From positions 330,001-362,000 of the forward strand of contig NZ_LT667503.1 in assembly GCF_900128735.1 (NCBI RefSeq): a stretch of 32,000 nt of DNA. The letters run 5' to 3'. Below the pieces are notes generated by a model. That model ran no database searches, was not told the origin of the DNA, and saw only the letters and a list, made by a program, of their open reading frames with translations. Position numbers and translations under genes: made by a program. This DNA comes from Candidatus Saccharimonadota bacterium (GTDB taxonomy: Bacteria > Pseudomonadota > Gammaproteobacteria > Enterobacterales > Enterobacteriaceae). Below, piece after piece: positions 10,474 through 19,723 of this stretch; positions within the stretch are counted from its first letter, which is position 1; each line of letters begins with the position of its first letter.

Positions 10474-10556
10474 ATTAAAATAAATAAAAATATATTAAAA
10501 ATTGAATATTTTTAAGTTAATGTTTTAACTATCATTAATTAAGTGTGATTCAAAAA

Positions 10557-10588
10557 AAATGAATTTTTTTTTAAAAAAAAATTCATTT
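10557..10588. repeat. Perfect 32-nt palindrome AAATGAATTTTTTTTT|AAAAAAAAATTCATTT
   Basis: The 16-nt arms pair perfectly (10557-10572 with 10573-10588). They contain T9 abutting A9 and lie in the holA-tusA spacer. Confidence 0.9.
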
Positions 10589-10671
10589 ATTATTCATTTT
10601 ATAAAAAAAATCTATATATAAAAAACATATTCCATTCATTCATTCTGTAATATAAAAATCAAAATAAAAAA

Positions 10672-10905
10672 ATGAAAAAAATAATAAAAATAAATTTAGT
10701 CGGATTAAAATGTCCAGAACCAATTATGATTTTAAGAAAAAAAATACGCAAATTAGAAGAAGGACAAGTAATATGTGTATTAACAGATGATTTTTCAAGT
10801 ACTAGAGATATAAAAATATTCTGTCGATTTATGAAACATATTTTATTATCTTATTCTAATCAAAAAAAACCTCACCAACATATTATAAAGGTCGGAAAAA
10901 AATAA
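10672..10905 (+). CDS. tusA: Sulfurtransferase TusA (2-thiouridine sulfur relay)
   Basis: 77 aa. LVGLKCPEPIMILRKKIRKL...TDDFSSTRDIKIFCRFMKH matches E. coli LGLRCPEPVMMVRKTVRNM...ADDPATTRDIPGFCTFMEH. The active-site Cys in the CPEP motif is present. Confidence 0.9.
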   Translation: MKKIIKINLVGLKCPEPIMILRKKIRKLEEGQVICVLTDDFSSTRDIKIFCRFMKHILLSYSNQKKPHQHIIKVGKK

Positions 10906-10943
10906 GAAGATTGGGAATATTTATCTAGATATTTAATAATTTA

Positions 10944-12056
10944 TTATGATATCAAAATATTTAACATCCGTCTTAATGGTTCAGCAGCACCCCATAATAA
11001 TTGATCTCCAACAGAAAAAGCAGAAATATAATTTTTTCCAATATTTAATTTTCTTAAGCGACCAATAGGAATATTTAATGTACCGGTAACAGCAAATGGG
11101 GTCAGATTTTTTACTGTATCTTTTTCTGTATTTTTAATAAATTTTACCCACGGATTATGCGAACTAATCCATGATTCAATTTTTTTAATTGGGATATTAT
11201 CATTTAACTTAATAAAAAATGATTGACTGTGACAGCGAAGAGACGCGATCCGTACACATGTTCCATCAATAGGTATATAGTTTTTTGAATTTAATATTTT
11301 ATTTGTTTCTATAGCTCCTTTCCATTCTTCTTTACTTTGTCCATTTTTCATAGAAGAATCTATCCATGGAATTAAACTTCCAGTTAAAGGAACTGTAAAA
11401 TATTTTTTTGGAAAAAAATTATTTTTCATAGCGTCTCTTGCTAATTTTTCAATTTCTAATATACCTTTATTTAATATTTTATTCCTTAATGATATTGAAT
11501 TATATATATAACCCATTTGTTGAAGCATTTCTAACATATATTTTGCACCACCACCTGACACAGCTTGATATGTCGAAACAGTCACCCATTCAATAACATT
11601 TCTTTTAAATAATCCTCCCAATGCCATTAACATTAAACTAACAGTACAATTTCCGCCAACAAACGTTTTAATATCTTGATTTAATGCTTTATGAATAGAA
11701 TCTAAATTGACCGGATCCAATACTATAATCGAATCATTTTTTAATCTTAATTCTGAAGAAGCATCAATCCAATAGCCATTCCATCCAAGCTTACGAAGTT
11801 TATGATAAATTATAGACGTATATTCTGCACCTTGACAGGAAACAATAATATCTAATTCTTTTAAATGATCAATGTTATAAGCATCTTCTAGAAAAGACGT
11901 AGTGCAATCTATCATCACCGGAGTCTTCTCTCCTACTTGAGATGTAGTAAAAAAAATAGGGTTAATATTTTTAAAATCATTATTTTTTTGCATTCTATCT
12001 AGTAATACCGATCCTACCATTCCTCTCCAACCAATAAAACCAACTAATTTTTTCAT
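10944..12056 (-). CDS. asd: Aspartate-semialdehyde dehydrogenase
   Basis: Colinear with E. coli Asd from MKKLVGFIGWRGMVGSVL (E. coli MKNVGFIGWRGMVGSVL) to QLLWGAAEPLRRML. I start it at ATG 12056 rather than the track's GTG at 12068. Confidence 0.95.
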   Translation of the reverse strand: MKKLVGFIGWRGMVGSVLLDRMQKNNDFKNINPIFFTTSQVGEKTPVMIDCTTSFLEDAYNIDHLKELDIIVSCQGAEYTSIIYHKLRKLGWNGYWIDASSELRLKNDSIIVLDPVNLDSIHKALNQDIKTFVGGNCTVSLMLMALGGLFKRNVIEWVTVSTYQAVSGGGAKYMLEMLQQMGYIYNSISLRNKILNKGILEIEKLARDAMKNNFFPKKYFTVPLTGSLIPWIDSSMKNGQSKEEWKGAIETNKILNSKNYIPIDGTCVRIASLRCHSQSFFIKLNDNIPIKKIESWISSHNPWVKFIKNTEKDTVKNLTPFAVTGTLNIPIGRLRKLNIGKNYISAFSVGDQLLWGAAEPLRRMLNILIS

Positions 12057-12467
12057 AATTATAAGCACCTATTCTTAATAAAACCTTATTCATTCATAAA
12101 ATAATTGAGTATAATAGTAACACTAACAATATTTTTATATTTAATATATTTTTTAATAATTCTTATTTTACAATATTTTTAATATTCACAATATGATATA
12201 TTTATATATATTTTATAAAAAAAATCGTCAAAGAAAAGATATATAAATCGAAACATTTATATCTATTAGATTTGTAATAAAATAACATATTTTAAATAAA
12301 AAAATATAAATTTCTTATATTATTAAAAATATTTTAAAAAAAAGTTTTAATAAATTAATTTAATAAAATCAAAATATTATTTTTTTTAAATAAAAATCTA
12401 TTCATGATTATAAAAAATCTCATATAATTTAATAAAAATAATTTATCAAAAAAATTGGAAAACAAAT

Positions 12468-13070
12468 ATGACAACGATTATTTCTTTAATAATCTTATTA
12501 TTAGTAATTATGGATCCTTTAGGTAATCTTCCTATTTTTATATCTATTTTAAAAAATACATCATCTTCACGTAGACGTTTTGTTATTGTACGAGAAATGA
12601 TAATTGCGCTTTTATTTATGTTATTATTCCTATTTCTAGGAGAAAAAATATTATCTGTTTTAAATTTAAAAACAGAAACGGTATCAATATCCGGAGGAAT
12701 TGTACTTTTTTTAATTGCCGTCCAAATGATCTTCCCTACACCGGAACCTATTAATATAGCAAATAATCAAAAAGAAAAAAAAGATGAACCTTTTTTAGTT
12801 CCATTAGCTATTCCTTTAGTTGCCGGTCCATCACTATTAGCAACATTGATATTATTATCACATCAATATTCTTCGCATATGTGTTATCTTTTAATTTCTT
12901 TATTTATTTCTTGGTTTATTAGTATGTTTATTTTATTATCATCAAATTTCTTTTTAAAGATTTTAGGTAAAAAAGGAATAAATGCATTAGAACGTTTAAT
13001 GGGTTTAGTATTAATTATGCTTTCTACTCAAATGTTTTTAAATGGTATTAGTAGTTGGTTTAAAATTTAA
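12468..13070 (+). CDS. yhgN: MarC-family (UPF0056) inner-membrane protein YhgN
   Basis: 200 aa. IMDPLGNLPIF, ETVSISGGIVLFLIA, EPFLVPLAIPLVAGPSLLATL and GINALERLMGLVL match E. coli YhgN. It is divergent from asd, as in E. coli. Confidence 0.85.
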   Translation: MTTIISLIILLLVIMDPLGNLPIFISILKNTSSSRRRFVIVREMIIALLFMLLFLFLGEKILSVLNLKTETVSISGGIVLFLIAVQMIFPTPEPINIANNQKEKKDEPFLVPLAIPLVAGPSLLATLILLSHQYSSHMCYLLISLFISWFISMFILLSSNFFLKILGKKGINALERLMGLVLIMLSTQMFLNGISSWFKI

Positions 13071-13126
13071 AATAATTTAAAAATAAATAAAAAAATCCTT
13101 AATAATATAAAAGAAGAAAAAATTTT

Positions 13127-14287
13127 ATGATCGAAATGAAAGATTTAAACTTACATGAAAAACGTGTATTTATTAGAATGGATTTAAATGTTCCTATACA
13201 AAATCAATGTATTACATCGCATGAACGAATTGATCGATCTATTCCAACAATTAAATTAGCTTTAAAAAAAAACGCAAAAATTATAATTGCATCACATTTA
13301 GGGCGTCCGAAAAATTATATATATGAAGAAAAGTTATCACTATATCCAATATATCTCTATTTAAAAAAAATATTTCCCAAAATAAATATTAATTTTATTA
13401 AAAATTATTTAAATGGATTTAATATAAAAGCTGGTGAAATAGTTGTATTAGAAAATGTACGATTTAATTATGGGGAAAAAGAAAATAATGAAGATTTATC
13501 AAAAAAATATGCAAATTTATGTGATGTTTTTGTAATGGATGCTTTTGCTACTGCACATCGAATAGAATCATCTACTTATGGAATTTGTAATTTTGTAGAT
13601 CTAGCCTGTGCAGGACCATTATTATCGTTAGAAATCCAAAAACTTAAAAAAATACTAAAAAAACCAAAACGACCTATGATTAGCATCATAGGAGGTGCTA
13701 AAGTATCCACAAAATTTAAATTATTAAAATCATTATTAAAAATTACAGATATCATGATTGTTGGCGGAGGTATTGCAAATACATTTATATCTGCATATCA
13801 CCCTGTAGGCAATTCATTACATGAAAAAAATTTTAAAGAAAAAGCTAAAAAATTATATTCTAGTAAAAAAATAATTTTACCTATAGATTCTCGAGTTGGA
13901 AAATCTTATTCTATTACTACTCCTGCAAAGAATAAATTAGTTTCGGAAATTTTAAATAATGAAGAAATTATGGATATAGGCGATCAATCAATAAAAAATT
14001 ATATCCAATTAATCAAAAACGCCCGAACAATATTATGGAATGGTCCATTAGGTGTATTTGAATTTCCAAACTTTAGGAAAGGAACGGAAAAAATTTCTAA
14101 AGCTATCGCAGAAAGCCCTGCATTTTCTATAGCAGGTGGTGGGGATACAATAGCAGTTATAGATTTATTTCTCTTAAAAAATAAAATATCGTATATTTCT
14201 ACTGGAGGTGGTGCATTTTTACAATTTATTGAAAAAAAAACATTGCCTATATTAAAATTATTAAATAGTTTTTCTATAAAAAAATAA
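13127..14287 (+). CDS. pgk: Phosphoglycerate kinase
   Basis: 386 aa. KRVFIRMDLNVP, SHLGRP, VLENVRFN, WNGPLGVFEFPNFRKGTE and STGGGAFL match E. coli Pgk. Confidence 0.97.
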   Translation: MIEMKDLNLHEKRVFIRMDLNVPIQNQCITSHERIDRSIPTIKLALKKNAKIIIASHLGRPKNYIYEEKLSLYPIYLYLKKIFPKININFIKNYLNGFNIKAGEIVVLENVRFNYGEKENNEDLSKKYANLCDVFVMDAFATAHRIESSTYGICNFVDLACAGPLLSLEIQKLKKILKKPKRPMISIIGGAKVSTKFKLLKSLLKITDIMIVGGGIANTFISAYHPVGNSLHEKNFKEKAKKLYSSKKIILPIDSRVGKSYSITTPAKNKLVSEILNNEEIMDIGDQSIKNYIQLIKNARTILWNGPLGVFEFPNFRKGTEKISKAIAESPAFSIAGGGDTIAVIDLFLLKNKISYISTGGGAFLQFIEKKTLPILKLLNSFSIKK

Positions 14288-14348
14288 AAATTTATTCTAT
14301 AAAAAAAACAAAAAATTCATATAATAAAAGAATTAGGATCATTAAGTT

Positions 14349-15428
14349 ATGGGTAATACTTTAAAACGCATTAAACCCGGTGTATTAAATTCTCATGAAA
14401 TGAAAATATTATTTTCATTAGCTAAAAAAAATAAATTTGCTATTCCTGCTATCAATTGTATTGGTAATGAATCAATTAATAGTGTATTAGAAACAGCTTC
14501 TTACATGAAATCGCCGGTTATAATACAGCTTTCATACAGTGGTTCTGCTTTTATTAGTGGTCTAGGTCTAAGAACAAAAAATCTATATCAACCGTCTATT
14601 ATAGGAGCAATTTCTGCTGCTCAGCACGTACATTTATTATCAAAATATTATAAAGTTCCTGTAATTTTACATACTGATCATTGTCCTAATGAAAACCTCC
14701 CCTGGATTGATGGTTTATTAAAAAAAGGAGAAACTTTTTTCAAAAACCATGGAAGACCTCTTTTTTCTTCTCATATGATTGATTTATCCAAGGAAACAAT
14801 TAAAAAAAATATTTCCATTTCAAGAAATTATTTAAAAAAAATCACAAATCTAAATATGATTTTAGAATTTGAGTTAGGATGTACAGGCGGAGAAGAAGAC
14901 GGCATTGATAATTCGAAGATTAAAAAAAAATATTTATATACCGATACAAAAGATATTTTTTATGCCTATAAAAAATTAAATAAAATAAGCGATAACTTTA
15001 TTATTGCGGCAGCTTTTGGTAATGTACATGGAGTCTATAAACCAGGTAAAATATCTTTAAAGCCATCTATTTTAAAAAAAGCACAAAACTATATCAGTCA
15101 AAAAAAAAAATTACCTAAAAATCCTTTAAATTTTGTATTTCATGGCGGATCAGGAACCAGTATTCAAGATATTCAAAAGTCTATAAAATATGGCGTAATA
15201 AAATTTAATATTGATACGGATATGCAATGGGCATCATGGAAAGGAGTATTAGACTTTTATTTATTAAATCAAGAATATTTACAAAACCAATTAGGAAATC
15301 CAACTGGAAAAAATCAGCCAAATAAAAAATACTATGATCCCAGAGTATGGTTAAGAAACTCACAAAAATATTCATTTAAATACCTTAAAAAAATTTTTAA
15401 AAAATTAAATGCAAAAAATATTTTATAA
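14349..15428 (+). CDS. fbaA: Fructose-bisphosphate aldolase, class II
   Basis: 359 aa. VPVILHTDHC, LFSSHMIDLS, LELGCTGGEEDG, FGNVHGVYKPG, FVFHGGSG and NKKYYDPRVWLR match E. coli FbaA. The pgk-fbaA-mscS order is as in E. coli. Confidence 0.96.
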   Translation: MGNTLKRIKPGVLNSHEMKILFSLAKKNKFAIPAINCIGNESINSVLETASYMKSPVIIQLSYSGSAFISGLGLRTKNLYQPSIIGAISAAQHVHLLSKYYKVPVILHTDHCPNENLPWIDGLLKKGETFFKNHGRPLFSSHMIDLSKETIKKNISISRNYLKKITNLNMILEFELGCTGGEEDGIDNSKIKKKYLYTDTKDIFYAYKKLNKISDNFIIAAAFGNVHGVYKPGKISLKPSILKKAQNYISQKKKLPKNPLNFVFHGGSGTSIQDIQKSIKYGVIKFNIDTDMQWASWKGVLDFYLLNQEYLQNQLGNPTGKNQPNKKYYDPRVWLRNSQKYSFKYLKKIFKKLNAKNIL

Positions 15429-15603
15429 ATAAAAGATCTACATAGTATTTATTCTTTGTTATATATAATCTTTTATAAACTATGAATATATAAGTATTTG
15501 TATAATAAAAATTCGTACTGTTTATATAGGTGATTAATTACCTGAAATTTAGAACAGAAAATAATTATAAATACGTGCAATAAAAATATTTGTTGCAGAA
15601 AAA

Positions 15604-16506
15604 ATGGAAGAATTACATGTAGTGAATAAAATTAATCATGCAAGCTCTTGGTTCGCCACAAAACAACCAGTATTATTATCATATATAATTAATTTATCAT
15701 CTGCCGCTATTATTATAGCAATGGGATTTTTTATTGGACAGATTATTGCCAGCGGAATACAAAAAATTTTATTAACACGCAAAATTGATAATACAATTTC
15801 TGGATTTGTTTCCACACTAGTTCGTTACATAATCATCATGTTTACGTTTATCGCGGCATTAGGTCGAATGGGTGTACAAACAAACTCAATAATTGCTATT
15901 TTAGGTGCAGCAGGTATGGCTATTGGCTTAGCTTTACAAGGATCTTTATCAAATTTTGCCGCTGGAGTTTTATTAGTAATACTACGCCCTCTTAAGACAG
16001 GAGAATATGTTAACTTAGGAAATGCAGCCGGGACAGTGCAGCATGTACATATATTTCACACCATGCTAAAAACATTTGACGGCAAAATAATAGTTATTCC
16101 TAATGGAAAAATAATAGCCGGAAATATTGTTAATTATTCTAGAGAACCTATGCGTCGTAATCAATTTACTATTAGCGTAGCTTATGATTCTGATGTAGAT
16201 TTAGTTATTTCAGTGCTCACCTCAATATTAAAAAATGATGAACGCGTCTTAAAAAAACCAAAATATGTAGTTGGATTAAGCGAATTTACCCCATCATCTT
16301 TAAATTTTATTGTGAAATGTTGGAGTAGTACAAAAGAATTGAATACGGTATACTGGGATTTAATGTTAAAGTTTAAAAAAACATTAGATCAAAATAATAT
16401 CTTAATACCATGTCCACAAATGGATGTTTATTTACATAAAAAAACAAATAAAATTTCAAAAAATAATTCTAAAAAAATTCAAAAAAATAAAATATATAAA
16501 ATTTAA
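15604..16506 (+). CDS. mscS: Small-conductance mechanosensitive channel MscS
   Basis: 300 aa. MEELHVVNKINHASSW, LGAAGMAIGLALQGSLSNFAAGVLLV, DGKIIVIPNGKIIAGNIVNYSREP and PCPQMDV are colinear with E. coli MscS. Confidence 0.95.
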   Translation: MEELHVVNKINHASSWFATKQPVLLSYIINLSSAAIIIAMGFFIGQIIASGIQKILLTRKIDNTISGFVSTLVRYIIIMFTFIAALGRMGVQTNSIIAILGAAGMAIGLALQGSLSNFAAGVLLVILRPLKTGEYVNLGNAAGTVQHVHIFHTMLKTFDGKIIVIPNGKIIAGNIVNYSREPMRRNQFTISVAYDSDVDLVISVLTSILKNDERVLKKPKYVVGLSEFTPSSLNFIVKCWSSTKELNTVYWDLMLKFKKTLDQNNILIPCPQMDVYLHKKTNKISKNNSKKIQKNKIYKI

Positions 16507-16516
16507 TTAAAAAATT

Positions 16517-16544
16517 TGGCGTAGATCAAGAAAATTCTACGCCA
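16517..16544 (+). terminator. GC-containing hairpin after mscS (candidate intrinsic terminator or recC leader structure)
   Basis: TGGCGTAGA (16517-16525) pairs perfectly with TCTACGCCA (16536-16544) across a 10-nt loop. It starts 11 nt after the mscS stop. The downstream T-run is imperfect (TATAAAAGATTTT). Confidence 0.5.
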
Positions 16545-16594
16545 TATAAAAGATTTTAAAAAAATATTTTAAATATCAATAATTTTGAGGTTGT

Positions 16595-19500
16595 ATGTTA
16601 AAAATTTATAAATCAAATCAAATGAAATATTTAATAGAAAAATTATGTAAAAAATTATTTTTTATAAAAAAAAAAATATTCTAGAAAAAAATATTTTTTT
16701 TATTGACAATTATTATATTCAACAATGGTTAAATATAAAAATTTCAAAAAAACTCAATATCTGTGCTAATATAAAATATATAATCAACAAAAATTTTTTT
16801 TTTAATCTAATACATTATATTAAAAAAATAAAACAATCATTATTGTTTAATAAATATTATCTAACCTGGAATTTAATGTCTTTTATTCATAAATTTCCAA
16901 TCGATAAACAAAAAAAAAAAATATTTCTACATAAAAAATTTCAACTTTGTCTATATTTATCCGAACTATTTATTGAATATTTACACTTAAAACCACACTG
17001 GATTTATCTTTGGGAAAATGAAAAAAATAATTTAAAATTAAAAAAATCTCATATATGGCAAAAAAATATATGGAATGAACTAATAAAAAAAATAAAAAAT
17101 AATAGTTTTACTCAATTAATTAAAAATTTTTATTTATCTATAAAACAAAAAAAAATAAAAAAAAAATTACCGTTAAATATTTTTATTATATCTTTAGAAA
17201 ATAATACTCCATTTAATGATTTTATCATCTCTATGATAAAACCATATATTCAAATACATTACTATCAATATGTTGCTATAAAAGAAAAAAAAAATCATCC
17301 ACCAAAAAAATTTTTTAGTAAAATAATTCAAAAAGAAAAAATTAATCCTAAAAATAAAAAGAAAAAAATTATAAAAAAAATTTTTATTCCCCAAAAAAGT
17401 CAGTCCCAAAACGTATTAAAAAAATTACAATCAGATATTTTTAATTCTAAATTCGAAAATCAAAAAAAAAAAAATTTATATCATATATATGATCACTCTG
17501 TTTCTATTGTAGAATGTCAAACTTATTATCAAGAAATAAAAACGTTATATAACTATATAACAAAAAAAATCAATACTGATACAAAATTAAAACCTCACAA
17601 TATTTTAATAACAGCTATTAATATAAAAAAATATATCCCATATATAAATTATTTTTTTCAATACCAAAAAAATAATTATACATTTTTTAATACGAAAAAC
17701 AAAAATCCATCATATAAAAAAAGAATATTTTTAATAATAAAAAAACTATTAAATATTAAAAATAATCGTTTTCAACATTCATGGATATTATCTATTTTAG
17801 ATATTCCTTGTATACGTAAAAAATTTTCTATACATTCTAAAGACCTTTCTACCATATATTCTTGGATGTTAAAGCTTGGAATATATTGGGGTTTTGATAT
17901 AAAACATTTAAATAATATGTCTTTACCAAAAATTGAACAATATACATGGAATTATGCTATTAAAAAAATCACATCTGGTATTTTTTTTAAAAAAGAAAAT
18001 TATTCATGGAATAATATTTTTCCATATAGTGTATCTTACACACGGGGAAGAATTTTATTAGGCAATTTTATTGATTTTATTTTATGTTTACAAAAATTAT
18101 ATAAATTTATAAGTACAAAGAAAAAACTCAAAAGTTGGTTGAAAGTAATCCCAAATATTTTAAAAAATTTTTTTCAAATTCCAGATCAACAAAAAAAATT
18201 TTTTCAAAAATTAAAAGAGAACTGGTATAATATAATAATACATGGAATAAAAGAAAATTATTCAGATCAAATATCCATCAATGAATTAATTCGTGAATTT
18301 TTTAAAAGAAAAGCATATCGCAGTAAAAACCCAAATTTTATTTTAGGTACATTAAATTGCATAAAATTAAATAAGGTCAAAAATATACCATTTAAAATGA
18401 TTTGTATATTAGATTGTACTCAAAATTTTTTTTCTAAAAAAAAAAATGCATTAAATTTGATTAATAATAACAATATATACAATAATACTCAAAATATTTT
18501 TTTAGAAACTATTATGTCTGCAAAAAATTATTTATATTGTAGTTATGCTATTCAAAAAATAAAAAAAGAAAATAATAAAAGCTCTTCTATTTTTATAGAT
18601 AATCTGCAATCCTATATTCAAAAAAATTTTTATTATATTAAAAAAAACAAAAATAAAAATATTAAAAAATATAAAAATATTTTAAAATATGTTTTTTATA
18701 ATCCTTTGAAAGATAGTGAATATCAAAAAAACAAAATAGATAAAAAATCAAATTCTACAACAATAAAAAATATTTCTTATTGTAAGAAAAAAAACTCTAA
18801 TGTTAAAAAAAAGATAAAATACTATATATCTAAAAAAATAAAATTAAAAAATTTAATTAAATTTTGGCAAAATCCAATTAATTATTTTTTTTATAAAACA
18901 TTAAAAATAAAAATAAATTCAGAAATAAAAACAATCCTTTTAAAAAATGAAGTATTTTCAGTTAATTTAATCGAAAAATATAAAATAAATAAAAAAATAC
19001 TTTCTTTACTTTTATCTCAAAAAAAAACAAAAAAATTATTTTTAAAATATCAACAATTAGGAAAAATACCCTATGGTAATATTGGAAAAATATTTTGGAA
19101 AAAACAAAAAAATCAAATTAAAAAACTAATACTTCTAATAAACAAAAAAAGAAAAGAACCAAAAACAATAAAATTTAAACTAAAAATAAAAGAATATAAA
19201 TTATTTGGAAAATTACCTGAAGTTAATCAATCAGGTTTAATACGCTGGACTGTTATGAAAATAAACCATCAAAACACTTTCTCTTTATGGTTAGAACATC
19301 TTGTTTCTTGCGCATTAAATCACAAAAAAAAAAGTATTTTATTAAGTATCGATAATAAAATATTAAAATTTTCTTCTATCAAAAAATCAAAAGCATTATT
19401 ATATCTAAAAAAATATATCCAAGGATACAGAACCGGCCTAAAAAAACCAATTTTTTTGTTAAAATCTGGAATAAATTGGTTAACTTATCATTATACAAAA

Positions 19501-19698
19501 AAAAATTCAAATTTAGAAAAAATAGCCAGAAAAAAATTTTTAGAAACATGGCATGGAAACTTTCTAATCAATGGCGAAAAAAATAATATATATATACAAA
19601 AAATTCTCCCAATAATGAATGAAAAATATATTAATAAAATATGTAAAATCTGTAAATATTGGTATTTACCAGTATTAAAATATCATACAATAAAATAA
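16595..19698 (+). CDS. recC: Exodeoxyribonuclease V gamma subunit RecC, reading frame broken in an A11 tract (frames join if the tract is read as A12 or A9)
   Basis: ATG 16595 is preceded by GAGG (16587-16590) and encodes MLKIYKSNQMKYLIEKL.. (E. coli MLRVYHSNRLDVLEALM). That frame stops at TAG 16682-16684. A second frame, open from 16651, encodes ..NIFFIDNYYIQQWLNIKISKKLNICANIKY.. (E. coli MILVQSTGMAQWLQMTLSQKFGIAANIDF) and continues into the 16843..19698 track ORF, which ends like E. coli RecC (WLEHLV, IQGYRTGLKKP). Confidence 0.85.
16666..16676 (+). repeat. A11 homopolymer at the recC frame junction
   Basis: Counted directly as t16665, a16666-a16676, t16677. The two recC frames overlap only around this tract. 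Confidence 0.9.
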
Positions 19699-19723
19699 TT
19701 AATTCGTAAAAAAGAAGAAAAAA

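Noticed and set aside
12057-12068. A GTG-initiated 4-codon extension of asd (MLIIMKK..)
   Set aside because: E. coli Asd aligns from MKN/MKK onward, and ATG 12056 gives the conserved N-terminus directly.
12057-12467. Sigma70 -10/-35 promoter calls in the long AT-rich spacers (asd/yhgN, cyoA/bolA, ygfZ/prfB, fbaA/mscS)
   Set aside because: TATAAT-like and TTGxxx-like hexamers occur every few bases at about 80% A+T. Without transcription-start data, any call would be arbitrary. I report only the tRNA-fMet candidate, whose position and G/C-containing -35 element are unusually favourable.
16843-16845. The ORF-track start of recC at TTG 16843
   Set aside because: The same frame is open and RecC-homologous for 64 codons upstream (from 16651), and the true N-terminus with an SD and ATG is at 16595 in another frame. 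The TTG start would delete conserved N-terminal sequence.
17194-17409. 71-aa ORF on the minus strand
   Set aside because: It is antisense to recC across poly(A)/poly(T)-rich sequence, and the product is an F/N/I low-complexity string.
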